This document shows, one piece after another, positions 39,523 to 49,084 of a stretch of 64,000 nucleotides of DNA. Where the stretch lies: contig OZ245056.1 in NCBI GenBank assembly GCA_965224705.1, positions 576,001 through 640,000 of the forward strand. Reading direction: 5' to 3'. Each line of letters begins with the position of its first letter. Position 1 is the first letter of the stretch. The stretch comes from Spirochaetaceae bacterium (GTDB taxonomy: Bacteria > Spirochaetota > Spirochaetia > DSM-2461). Under the pieces are notes generated by a model. That model was not told the DNA's origin and did not search any database. It saw nothing but the letters and a program-made list of their open reading frames with translations. A program made the position numbers and the translations under genes.

Positions 39523-40782
39523 TTACTCAATACCTTTTACAATCACATCTTCAATGATATTGAGCGTTTCATCCATCTGGGGTTTGGTAAGCTGAGATGA
39601 TACCGATATGCGAAAACGTCGTGCATGAGCTGGTACTGCGGGAAAATCCACCGGCTGCAGGAATAATCCCCGCTTCTGCATGGCGGCAGCATATCTCATG
39701 AGTTTTGCACCATCAGAACCAATGATGACAGGTATAACCTGAGATTCACTGTTACCTGAATCCAGGCCCAATTTATCCAGACAACCTTTCAAGTAGACCA
39801 CATTTTCCCAGAGTTTATCCCGGAGAGTTGAATCCCTGGTGGCAATTTCCAGTGCTTTCAGCAATCCGCCAGTGACAGCCGGTGATGGGGCGCATGAAAA
39901 ATTCCACGGGGATGCATACCCTTTGAGATAACGAATCAGTCCTTTGTTAGCACACACAAATCCTCCAACTCCGCCAAAGGACTTACTGAGAGTTCCAAAG
40001 GAAACTCCGATACGGTCTTCTACACCAAAATGCTCTGCCACACCACGTCCATTTTCACCGAACATAAGTGTGGAATGTGCTTCATCTATATAGGACCCGG
40101 CACCAAATTTCTCGCAAAGTTCCAGGATCTCAGGCAGCTTTGGGAGATCCCCATCCATGGAATAAACACCTTCCACAACAACAAGAGTGCGCTTATTTCC
40201 AGCTTTCTCAAGCATCTTTTCAAGGCTATCCAGATCATTATGCGCGAAGAACAGCATCCTGGCCCCAGACAGTGTACCGCCATCGATAAGGCTTTTATGG
40301 CATTTTTCATCCATTATCAGGTAGTCACCCTTGCGGATTATTCCCTGAATTGCTCCAACATTGGCCCCGAGGCCACTGGAAAACAGGAGACAATCATCTT
40401 TCTGCTTAAACTTCGCCAGCTTACGGGCTAACTCGACATGAATATCCAGGGTACCTGACAGCAGTGGAGCTCCTGAAGACCCAAGGCCATACTTATCCAG
40501 AGCATCTTTCGCAGCCTGTATTACCTCTGGATGAGTTGACAATCCCAGATAGTTGTATGAAGTCAGGTTGATTATCCGCCGTTCCCTGCCATCAAGATTA
40601 CTGCGAATCAGCGTGGAAACCCTGGGAGCTTCCAGCAATTCCTGTTCAAAGAAACTAAACCCCTGCTTAACCGCGGGATGATTCATCCATTTTTCAAAAT
40701 CCGAGGGAGGAGCCAGGATGTCTGTACTATCATTAAAGAAAAAATCAGCCAGACTGAAATTCAGAATATCGTCATTGGACAT
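39523..40782 (-). CDS. PLP-dependent alpha-oxoamine synthase (serine palmitoyltransferase-like)
   Basis: SYNYLGL, EGVYSMDGD, DEAHS, GTLSKS (PLP lysine) and FRIS. Confidence 0.9.
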   Translation of the reverse strand: MSNDDILNFSLADFFFNDSTDILAPPSDFEKWMNHPAVKQGFSFFEQELLEAPRVSTLIRSNLDGRERRIINLTSYNYLGLSTHPEVIQAAKDALDKYGLGSSGAPLLSGTLDIHVELARKLAKFKQKDDCLLFSSGLGANVGAIQGIIRKGDYLIMDEKCHKSLIDGGTLSGARMLFFAHNDLDSLEKMLEKAGNKRTLVVVEGVYSMDGDLPKLPEILELCEKFGAGSYIDEAHSTLMFGENGRGVAEHFGVEDRIGVSFGTLSKSFGGVGGFVCANKGLIRYLKGYASPWNFSCAPSPAVTGGLLKALEIATRDSTLRDKLWENVVYLKGCLDKLGLDSGNSESQVIPVIIGSDGAKLMRYAAAMQKRGLFLQPVDFPAVPAHARRFRISVSSQLTKPQMDETLNIIEDVIVKGIE

Positions 40783-40874
40783 TTAGGATTCTCCTATAAC
40801 AAATCTTTCAGATGACCAGCCGAATAACCCCACCAACCACTGTCCGATCTTATCCTGGATGAATAATAGTATTT

Positions 40875-41132
40875 CTACGTGGACTGGTTTTTATCAAGGT
40901 ATTCCAGGAACTTATCTGCAAGGGTGTCGATATTAGTGAGCTCAGCAAGCTCAGCTCTTGGAACTTTGATGCCCAGTTCACGCATGGAGCAGGAAACCAC
41001 TTCGATCATATCAAGGCTGTTCGCCCCATAATCTTTCATTGAATTCTGTGGATCAATTTCATCAGCTTTAATATCATCAAGGTTTTCCTCAATGATTTTT
41101 TTGATGATATCGATGACTTCTGGTTTTGTCAT
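40875..41132 (-). CDS. Acyl carrier protein with GANS motif (AcpK/donor-ACP-like)
   Basis: Acidic, 85 aa, YGANSLDMIEVV. Confidence 0.92.
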   Translation of the reverse strand: MTKPEVIDIIKKIIEENLDDIKADEIDPQNSMKDYGANSLDMIEVVSCSMRELGIKVPRAELAELTNIDTLADKFLEYLDKNQST

Positions 41133-41971
41133 AGTTCTTTCTCCTGTAAGCCGATCCTGGTATCATCCATGGATCGTTTAGTAATATATTCCATCATCGC
41201 ATTGTCCCGGAATGGCAATCCAAGGTCAGCGTTGATTATTTGGCCATTTATTGCGGACATCAATCCGCTGCACAGTGCCAGTATAACTTTACCACATTCA
41301 GTGGGTGTTAGGATAGCATCTTCACCAATACCTTTGTTTTCCTTCAGCCACTCAAAATACTCCTCTCCAAATATAGCCGTAAATGAAGGTGTACGAACAG
41401 TTCCAAACCGTATTGTATTCACACGGCAGCCATCATCATAGAGGTGTACGGCTAAATATCGTGTAAAAAACTCCAATAATGCCTTGGAAGCCGCTACATA
41501 GTCATAGCCTCGATAATAGTTGTCCGGCCCGTTTGAAGAAATTCCAACAACAGTCTCAGGATACCTGCCAAATTTCTTTTTCGCCTGACGGACATAGTCT
41601 ATCAGAGGCCAGGAACTGTAATCAAAGGATTTATACAGGGATTTCTTCCTGTAATCCTCCAGGGTTTCCGCCTTCAGGGCGAATCCGACATTGGAGACAA
41701 AAATATCTATCCCATCATGCTCTTTCCCTATCATCTCCATCACGGTGACCGTATCTTCTTCCCGGGAGACATCGGCTTCCAGGATGAGTGGGGATGGGGC
41801 ACCTTTCGACCTGAAGAGTTTCAAGACTTCATCTTCGGGAGTAGAGCCCCAGCGATGAGTAAGAACAGAACGCACACCGGCAGCACCAAGTTCCAGTCCT
41901 GCTGCAAGACCGATACCGCTGGTTCCACCAGTTATGAGAGCCGTTTTCCCGCTTAGATCAATGGAAGTCAT
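41129..41971 (-). CDS. SDR oxidoreductase, enoyl-ACP reductase-like (FabL/FabI type)
   Basis: TGGTSGIG and YYRGYDYVAASKA (Y-x6-K), VNTIRFG. Confidence 0.75.
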   Translation of the reverse strand: MTSIDLSGKTALITGGTSGIGLAAGLELGAAGVRSVLTHRWGSTPEDEVLKLFRSKGAPSPLILEADVSREEDTVTVMEMIGKEHDGIDIFVSNVGFALKAETLEDYRKKSLYKSFDYSSWPLIDYVRQAKKKFGRYPETVVGISSNGPDNYYRGYDYVAASKALLEFFTRYLAVHLYDDGCRVNTIRFGTVRTPSFTAIFGEEYFEWLKENKGIGEDAILTPTECGKVILALCSGLMSAINGQIINADLGLPFRDNAMMEYITKRSMDDTRIGLQEKEL

Positions 41972-41983
41972 TCAGCCAAACTC

Positions 41984-42736
41984 CTAATTCGCATAAAACT
42001 CATCAATGATTTTCCTGGTTTCAGAGTAACCAAAGCTGATACGATGCATCAGATCCTCCTGTTTCCTGGCTTCATTAAGCAGTTGCCTCTTTCGTGCACT
42101 CAGGGTGTATTTTAACAGTCGAATGGAAGCTGGATTTTTTTCAGCTATCTGCCGTGCGAGATCTTTAGCAACATTTATAACCCGCATTTTTGTAACAAAT
42201 CGGTTGATGTTTGTATTCATACGTTCAAGCTCAATTCCCTTGAAACGTTTCGCCGTGAACATCATTTCATTCGCCACGAAAGGACCAACCATGTCGGCCA
42301 GCAGAGTAGTGATTCCCATCCCGGGGGTAAATCCCATCGACATGAAAACGGCTCCGTAACGGCTTTCTTTCGCCGCGATAACGATGTCTGAACAGCAGGC
42401 CAGGGCTAAGCCGCCTCCCAGAGCATGACCCTCCATGGCCGCAATAATTGGGAATTCGGCATTCAACAGTCTTTCCGACAGAATAAGATCTTTCACGAGA
42501 ATTTTTCCCTCGGTAAGGGCCATCAGAGTATTTTTATCGGCACCGGCACAAAAAACATCATGAAGTCCGCAAAGAACCATAACGCGTGGAGGTTCTCTCA
42601 AAGCTTCCACTTCATCCATAGTTCGCACAAAATCAGCAATGAATGTTTCAGAGAAAACATTTTTTCCCTTCTCATCATTCAATTTAAACCACCCAACACC
42701 ATTAGGATCCACTGTGAAGGTAATGACACCACTCAT
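41984..42736 (-). CDS. Crotonase-fold ECH2 decarboxylase (PksI-like)
   Basis: KNVFS, IAAMEGHALGGG, FMSMGFTPGMG and C-terminal MH. Confidence 0.88.
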   Translation of the reverse strand: MSGVITFTVDPNGVGWFKLNDEKGKNVFSETFIADFVRTMDEVEALREPPRVMVLCGLHDVFCAGADKNTLMALTEGKILVKDLILSERLLNAEFPIIAAMEGHALGGGLALACCSDIVIAAKESRYGAVFMSMGFTPGMGITTLLADMVGPFVANEMMFTAKRFKGIELERMNTNINRFVTKMRVINVAKDLARQIAEKNPASIRLLKYTLSARKRQLLNEARKQEDLMHRISFGYSETRKIIDEFYAN

Positions 42737-43599
42737 TGATCATCTCCTTGAAATGGTTCACAAAGGGGAACAGTGGGGCGATATGATTCAAACCAACCGG
42801 GCAGTTCTCCACTGGAAAAACCTTTTATTGCTTCCAATGTATCAGGACTGACCGCTATATTCACAAGTTCTTCCACTGCAAGATTCCTCTGTTCCTCAAG
42901 GGTTAAATATCTCAATTTCTGCATAAAAGCTTTTTGCCTGCCTGTAGCCGCCGGTGAAAGACGCATAAGCCGTCGGCCAAGTTTATTCACAGCCTTTTTC
43001 AGATTATAGTCAGAATGCACCTCATCAACCAAGCCCCAGGATAGAGCAGTTTGAGCATCAATGCATGCAGCCGTTTGAACCAGATAAGCCGCCCTCTTAA
43101 CCGGCATCCGCATGGACAGAATATAGGGCATCACATTGGCTGGAATGAGACCAAGATAGAGTTCACTCAGCTCAAAACTTGCAGAATCAGAGGCTATAAC
43201 AACATCACAGGCCGCTGCCAGTCCCACTCCGCCAGCTTTCACAGCACCCCGAATAAGAGCTGTTGTAGTTTTGGAACATTTGTGTATTTCCTCAAGAAGA
43301 CAGGAATAGGCTGTAACACTGTCACGAAACCTGACTGCTGAATCACTGATGTTCTCAGAATTAAAGGCATCAAGATCCATGCCGAGACTGAAAACCGGTC
43401 CGTTGGACCGGAGTAGAATAAACCGGACAGAATCATCGGTAGAAAAATCCCGTACAGCACTCCGGATACCTTCAATCAAACTGGCATTGAGACGATTACC
43501 TCCAGTGGAATCTGTCATCGTTATTATGCCCGCACCAGAATCGATTATAGTCTTTACTGGCAAAAGTTCAGCTCCAGCCGTAGTGACGGACGTATCCAT
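42733..43599 (-). CDS. Crotonase-fold ECH1 dehydratase (PksH-like)
   Basis: FSLGMDL, VKAGGVGLAAACD and FELSELYLGLIPA. Confidence 0.88.
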   Translation of the reverse strand: MDTSVTTAGAELLPVKTIIDSGAGIITMTDSTGGNRLNASLIEGIRSAVRDFSTDDSVRFILLRSNGPVFSLGMDLDAFNSENISDSAVRFRDSVTAYSCLLEEIHKCSKTTTALIRGAVKAGGVGLAAACDVVIASDSASFELSELYLGLIPANVMPYILSMRMPVKRAAYLVQTAACIDAQTALSWGLVDEVHSDYNLKKAVNKLGRRLMRLSPAATGRQKAFMQKLRYLTLEEQRNLAVEELVNIAVSPDTLEAIKGFSSGELPGWFESYRPTVPLCEPFQGDDQ

Positions 43600-44797
43600 C
43601 CACTTTATTCAGTGTCAGCAGTCCTTTCCCCTGATAGTTACTGTCCCATAATCCAGCAGGGAAATCGCGATCCGGTATATAATTTTCCTTCTCAATACTG
43701 TCCTTGCGTTTGACATCAACCTCTTCGTATTCCTGAACACTGGCTTCACGGCGGCGATCCAATTGTCCATCAATATCCATGGTCCTGACTTGCTCAATAC
43801 CGCCGTCAAGAACCCGGCCACTCCAGAATTCCCCTATGGCACCCGATCCATACGCATAGTAACCAATACGATCCCCGGCCCGTACAGGGGCTTCTCCAGA
43901 AAGCAGGCTGGCCGTCCCTACAAAGTTGCTGGAGCCGTATGTGGAACCAAGCCGCCGAGAATACTTCAACGCAGGAAATACTCTTTTCTGAAAGTCTTCC
44001 TGCACCTCAGCTTTCTTACGCAGACTGTTAATATTACAGAGTGTTCGGTGAGCCTGGAATGCCATACCAGGAAAGGGGGTATGATAACATAACCATTGAT
44101 GATCGGCATCAAAGTCAACTTCGGTCCCTGTTCGTGAGACATAATCATCCCAGGCTCCTTCCAGGGCATCCAGGTATGAATACAAACTCACCTCATTATT
44201 CCCTACTTCACCGGTGGCACTTGGACGCCAGGTATCATAGATATCAGTAGACCATGTCCCTTTGCGGTATGGTTCAAACTCAACAATTTTCGGCACTTCG
44301 CTGATCAGAAGAGCAGCCGCAACGCCGCCAAGAACAAATTCTTCCTTTTTTTTCAGATGCTCCCGGGAGAAGTCAGAGGCTATGATCAAAGCTTTACGGC
44401 CTTGATTCAGTCCTGATGCAACCCAGTTGACTCCCGTATCCAGAGCAGCCAGACCGCTGTAGCAGGCATGTTTGACTTCATAATTCCTTATATTCTGATT
44501 TAAACCCAGCGCTCCGATAATATTCGTGGAAATTGGTTTCCCAAAGTCGACTGAACCTTCCGTTCCCACAATGAGCATGCCAATACTATCCGGGTCAACA
44601 TCATTCATCAGCGTCTTTGCCGCATTGGCACCCATGGTAACCGTATCCTCCCATACAGGATTCAAAGATCGGGTGTCGATAAGATAATCACCAATAACGG
44701 TTTTAGGATCCTTGTTCCGGGCTAGAGCTATTTGCCGCTGTTCAACGAACATGCTGCATCCATAGATATTCAATTTCTCGATTCCCACTCTATTCAT
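43568..44797 (-). CDS. HMG-CoA/ACP synthase (PksG/HCS-like)
   Basis: GTEGSVDFGKP, EVKHACYSG, DTWRP, YHTPF and YGSGAIGEF. Confidence 0.92.
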   Translation of the reverse strand: MNRVGIEKLNIYGCSMFVEQRQIALARNKDPKTVIGDYLIDTRSLNPVWEDTVTMGANAAKTLMNDVDPDSIGMLIVGTEGSVDFGKPISTNIIGALGLNQNIRNYEVKHACYSGLAALDTGVNWVASGLNQGRKALIIASDFSREHLKKKEEFVLGGVAAALLISEVPKIVEFEPYRKGTWSTDIYDTWRPSATGEVGNNEVSLYSYLDALEGAWDDYVSRTGTEVDFDADHQWLCYHTPFPGMAFQAHRTLCNINSLRKKAEVQEDFQKRVFPALKYSRRLGSTYGSSNFVGTASLLSGEAPVRAGDRIGYYAYGSGAIGEFWSGRVLDGGIEQVRTMDIDGQLDRRREASVQEYEEVDVKRKDSIEKENYIPDRDFPAGLWDSNYQGKGLLTLNKVDGYVRHYGWS

Positions 44798-44838
44798 ATA
44801 ATTTCCTCATAATTTCATTCCTGATCCTATCGGGATTC

Positions 44839-45579
44839 CTATGGAATATAGGTTAATCCTCCGGCAACACATAGGTTCTCTCCATTGATAAAACCAGCTT
44901 TTTCTGTTGTAAGATAATACACCGCATCCGCTATTTCCTCCGCTTCCCCTATCCTTTTGATGGGACAGTACTCCATCCATATCTTTTTCAGTTTCTGTGC
45001 CAGATGCTCCTCTGTCATATCCGTTTCCACATATCCAACCGTAACGACATTGGAAGTGATTCCCTTGGCACCATATTCCCGGGCTACTGTTTTCGACAGA
45101 GTCACCAGGCCGCCCTTGCTGACAGAGTAACTTACCTGACCGCTTGAACCATCCTGGGCAAGCGATGAGATGTTAATTATGCGGCCATATCTTGCTCCAA
45201 CCATGGACATGAGGAACTGTCGGATCATGTAAAAAGGGCCCGTTAAGTTGGTGCGGATTACATCATTCCATTCATCATTACTCATGAAGGCAACGGCATT
45301 ATTCCGATTAATCGCTGCATTATTGACCAGAACTCCAATTTCTCCGAAGTCGTTCAGAGCCTCTTCCACGACAGATTCAACCTGTTCCGGGTATCCCTGG
45401 TCCAATTGATAGGATTGGATTTTTGCATTCGAGTTGATTTTTTTAGCTGATTCGATGGTTTTGGCCGCAGCTTCGATATTGCTGGCATAGCTGAAGGCAC
45501 ATCCATAGCCTTCCTCAATGAACTTGAGAACAATTGCCTGGCCGATACCTCTGGAACCGCCAGTAACAAAGCAATTCAT
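44839..45579 (-). CDS. fabG: 3-oxoacyl-ACP reductase (FabG-like)
   Basis: TGGSRGIG, NNA, NISS, YSVSK and GYVETDM. Confidence 0.9.
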   Translation of the reverse strand: MNCFVTGGSRGIGQAIVLKFIEEGYGCAFSYASNIEAAAKTIESAKKINSNAKIQSYQLDQGYPEQVESVVEEALNDFGEIGVLVNNAAINRNNAVAFMSNDEWNDVIRTNLTGPFYMIRQFLMSMVGARYGRIINISSLAQDGSSGQVSYSVSKGGLVTLSKTVAREYGAKGITSNVVTVGYVETDMTEEHLAQKLKKIWMEYCPIKRIGEAEEIADAVYYLTTEKAGFINGENLCVAGGLTYIP

Positions 45580-46862
45580 GATCCCTCCTCATATCGTTTA
45601 ATAAGTGAGCAACAGTTGATACCTCCGAAACCAAAGGAATTTTTGAGCATCATACTGATGTGATAGTCCTCTGCTTCTGTTATAACATTGAGCTTGATTT
45701 CCGGATCCAGCCTGTCAATATTGATTGTGGGATGAAGACGTCCATGCTTCATTTGCAGTAATCCGCCAATGGTTTCCACCAGTGGACTGCCCCAGCAGGT
45801 ATGTCCCAGCATGGATTTCGGGGCATTGATTCTAAGATTCCCGGCATGTTCTCCAAATGTCTCCTGAATGGCCAGAACTTCCTGTAAATCACCGGACGGG
45901 GTTCCCGTTGCATGGCAATTGACATAGTCAACCTCCCAGGGTTCGACTCCTGTCATGGATAGCAGATCTTTCATAACTCTGGCCTGGTTTTCTGCACCGG
46001 GCATGGGAAGGTGATTGGCATTGGATCCCGCTTTCACCCCCAGTAACTCCCCATAGATAGGAGCATTCCTTTCCAGTGCGGTATCAAGGCTTTCAAGAAT
46101 GAGCGTAGCTGAACCATGGGAGTAGAGGAAACCACATCGATCTGAATCAAATGGCCTGGACGCTTCGGTGGGCCTGTTTTGATAGTCCGGACGAATGACC
46201 ACAGCATTGATGATTGCTGAAGCCTGGATATCAGCGGGAGAAACATCAAAAGGAGGACCGCATACAACGGACCGGACTGATTCACCGCTGAGGATGTCTC
46301 GCAGTCCTTCCCTGAGTGCTAAATTACCGCTTGCACAGGCTCCTCCAATGGTAAACGAGGGCCCCTTTGCGCCCAATACTTCCGCAACAATTCCGGGGAT
46401 ATTGGGATCTATCGCCTCCACTCCCGCCAGTGCATCAATCCACTCAGGCTCTTCCTGGAACTGTTTTGTTACCTCAAACATGTAATTGGAATTGAAATTA
46501 TGTCCGGCAACCATCACCCCGGTATCGACGGGATTTCCTTCATCAATCTTCAAGCCTGCGTCTTTCCAGGCAGCCAGAGTTGTAAGAATTGCCATACGTG
46601 CGGAAAAAGTTGTATATCGAAAAAGCTTCTTCACTGTTTTGAAGCGATCCCTGCCTAAAAAATCCTGAAATTGCTCCAATGCAGCTTTTGTATCGTAATC
46701 GCCAAGATCCCCTCCGATCTTACACTCAACATTGCTCAGGTCAATTGATGTCCATTGTTTCATTCCGGACTTTCCAGCAATGAGAGCTTCATAGTAGCCG
46801 TCCAGTGTATCGGCAAGAGGGTTGATCGTACCCATACCGGTAATGACTATACGTTTATTCAT
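45576..46862 (-). CDS. Stand-alone ketosynthase, PksF-like but with catalytic Cys
   Basis: SFTIGGACASG, SRPFD, NCHATGT, KSMLGH and NSFGFGGIN. Confidence 0.9.
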   Translation of the reverse strand: MNKRIVITGMGTINPLADTLDGYYEALIAGKSGMKQWTSIDLSNVECKIGGDLGDYDTKAALEQFQDFLGRDRFKTVKKLFRYTTFSARMAILTTLAAWKDAGLKIDEGNPVDTGVMVAGHNFNSNYMFEVTKQFQEEPEWIDALAGVEAIDPNIPGIVAEVLGAKGPSFTIGGACASGNLALREGLRDILSGESVRSVVCGPPFDVSPADIQASAIINAVVIRPDYQNRPTEASRPFDSDRCGFLYSHGSATLILESLDTALERNAPIYGELLGVKAGSNANHLPMPGAENQARVMKDLLSMTGVEPWEVDYVNCHATGTPSGDLQEVLAIQETFGEHAGNLRINAPKSMLGHTCWGSPLVETIGGLLQMKHGRLHPTINIDRLDPEIKLNVITEAEDYHISMMLKNSFGFGGINCCSLIKRYEEGS

Positions 46863-47782
46863 AGTAAACCTTCGATAGCATCCAGTTTTCCCGCAGGTCT
46901 TGCCCGAAGTTTACTTCTCATGTTTTTCCACAACCCGGTAAGAACTGTTCCAGGTCCCACTTCGAGAACCTGATCCGGGTTAAGATCCATCAATGCTTTT
47001 TGACTGTCAACCCATCGGACACAATGGTCAAGCTGGTCCAGACATGTCTGTCTCAATTCATCACCTCTGCTGGCAGTTGCCGCTGTAGTATTGACATATA
47101 TGGGGATCTTCGGATCTGAAAAGACGATACCATCAAGGAATTCAGAAAACTCCGGTTTCGCATCTTCAAGCAATGGGGAATGAAAAGGACCGGAGACCAT
47201 GAGTTTCACCTGTTTCATCGCACCAGCCTCTTCCAATTTTTCCTCAGCCTTACTCAATCCAGCAGCCGTACCGGAAAGGACGGATTGATTCGGCGAACTG
47301 TGGAGTGCGATATAAACGTCATCAATTCCATTAATGGCCATGGCAATTTTTTCTCTATCCAGACCCAGTACGGCACTCATTCCCACAGGACCATCCGGTG
47401 TATCTTTGGTTCGACTGATTCTTTCAAGCAGTTTGCCTCTTTTATCAACAACTCGCAGAAGATCCCCCCGGGTCAACACTCCAGCCTGGTAAAGAGCTGT
47501 GTATTCTCCAAGACTGAATCCCGCACAGGCAGAAGCTGTAATACCACGAGCTTCCAGAGCCATGGATGCTGCCATACTCACAAGAATTATGGCAACCTGA
47601 GCGACATCGGTCGCTTTGAGTTCCTCTGCACTGCTATCAAACAGGATCTTTGCCCAATCACGACCGTTGATGTCCGATGCTTCATCGAATAATTGACGCA
47701 CATTCAGATCGGCATTATATAAATCTTGCCCCATACCAGGATACTGAGCCCCCTGGCCTGGAAAGAGAAATATTGTTTTCAT
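46859..47782 (-). CDS. fabD: Malonyl-CoA:ACP transacylase
   Basis: FPGQGAQ, GFSLGE, GPFHS and EVGPG. Confidence 0.93.
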   Translation of the reverse strand: MKTIFLFPGQGAQYPGMGQDLYNADLNVRQLFDEASDINGRDWAKILFDSSAEELKATDVAQVAIILVSMAASMALEARGITASACAGFSLGEYTALYQAGVLTRGDLLRVVDKRGKLLERISRTKDTPDGPVGMSAVLGLDREKIAMAINGIDDVYIALHSSPNQSVLSGTAAGLSKAEEKLEEAGAMKQVKLMVSGPFHSPLLEDAKPEFSEFLDGIVFSDPKIPIYVNTTAATASRGDELRQTCLDQLDHCVRWVDSQKALMDLNPDQVLEVGPGTVLTGLWKNMRSKLRARPAGKLDAIEGLL

Positions 47783-47853
47783 TGCTTCTCCATCTGATTC
47801 TTGAGTATGCAAAGTACCCTGGATCAGAAAAATATTTCAAGTACATTAAATCA

Positions 47854-48981
47854 TCAAAGAGTCTTATCATACACTCGATGGATTTTATAATGCACACAAC
47901 CCCACTTTTCCAATAGATTTCTCAAAGGATAGTTAGTTTCAAGAATCCAGCTGAACTCACCAATGTCCATATTGGTACTCAGTCCATCATCATTGAGTTT
48001 AGTCATCATCAGTCCATCAATTCCCTTGCCCTGATATTCCGGTAACACGCCAAAAGCAGCAACACGAAGTATTTTGGCCTTTTTCTTCGCTGCCAGCAGT
48101 TTGAAGATTCCGAAAGGGAAAAGCTTCCCCTCAAGCTTCTGTAAAGCGAAATTTATATCTGGTATGGGGAAACAAAACCCAACAGCTTCGCCATCTATCT
48201 CAGCGATATAAGTAAGCTTTGGGTTCATCATTATCTTTATGCCTTTTGCCATTTTCTTGAATTCAGGGTCATACCAGGGAGTAAATCCCCAGTTGTTATG
48301 CCAACCTCTTTCCCAGATTTCCTTTACAACTGCAACTTCGGCATCCCAGTTTTTAATGCTGGCCGTCCTGATAGTAATACCATTGCGTTTCGCTGCCAGT
48401 TCAGAAATCCGCCGGATTCTGTCACTGACAGGCGCCTCTCTTACATTCCTCCGATAGGAGTATAGATCCTGTGCCCTGGTATAACCGGCATTTTCAATCT
48501 GCTGACCATAATACGGCGCCGAGTAGGGCATATCGATAACTGGCAATTCTTCAAAATTATTAATCTGGTTCCCAACCTGGAAATTGGTGGAACCATTGAC
48601 AGGCCCCATAACCTTCTCCATGCCCCTGGATCTCAACCATTCTTCTGCTGTTCTGAATAACGCTTCGCTGACATCCGGACGGTCAAGGCATTCATAGTAA
48701 CCAAAGAAACCGGTCTGAGTCTTTTGATATTCAACATAATTCTGATCAATAAATGCGGCGATGCGGCCAAGAACCTTCCCATTTTCCCTGGCAAGCCAGA
48801 ATTGCCCTTCGGTATGGTCATACATGGGATTCTTCTTATTCATAACCTGGCGTAGATCCATATTGAGGGGAGGGACCCAGTTACTGTATCGGAAACAATG
48901 GCTCCAATACACATCGTAGGGGAGACGAATAAATTCCTTATTATCTTTTCGGTTTACGACTTCACCGATCTCAACATCCAT
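47854..48981 (-). CDS. Tandem-GNAT acyltransferase, bacterial ceramide synthase-like
   Basis: FIRLP...WVPPL, GRIAA, GFFGYYE, MGP, PYY, WGFTP, GVLPEYQGKG and SWILETN. Confidence 0.75.
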   Translation of the reverse strand: MDVEIGEVVNRKDNKEFIRLPYDVYWSHCFRYSNWVPPLNMDLRQVMNKKNPMYDHTEGQFWLARENGKVLGRIAAFIDQNYVEYQKTQTGFFGYYECLDRPDVSEALFRTAEEWLRSRGMEKVMGPVNGSTNFQVGNQINNFEELPVIDMPYSAPYYGQQIENAGYTRAQDLYSYRRNVREAPVSDRIRRISELAAKRNGITIRTASIKNWDAEVAVVKEIWERGWHNNWGFTPWYDPEFKKMAKGIKIMMNPKLTYIAEIDGEAVGFCFPIPDINFALQKLEGKLFPFGIFKLLAAKKKAKILRVAAFGVLPEYQGKGIDGLMMTKLNDDGLSTNMDIGEFSWILETNYPLRNLLEKWGCVHYKIHRVYDKTL

Positions 48982-49084
48982 GACTCTTCCCAGAATACCA
49001 GCAATAATCGGCTATTGCAAGACGAAATCAGGCTTGAATTGTTTCCTGACCTGGTTTTCATGCCGTGTTTCATTTTTCTGATAA

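Noticed and set aside
39523..40782. Calling the aminotransferase bioF or kbl
   Set aside because: No bio or tdh neighbours; the context is ACP, FAS and GNAT, and the motifs deviate.
43568..44797. Mevalonate-pathway HMG-CoA synthase
   Set aside because: No HMG-CoA reductase or mevalonate kinases nearby; it is flanked by ECH1/ECH2 and an ACP and has PksG-type motifs.
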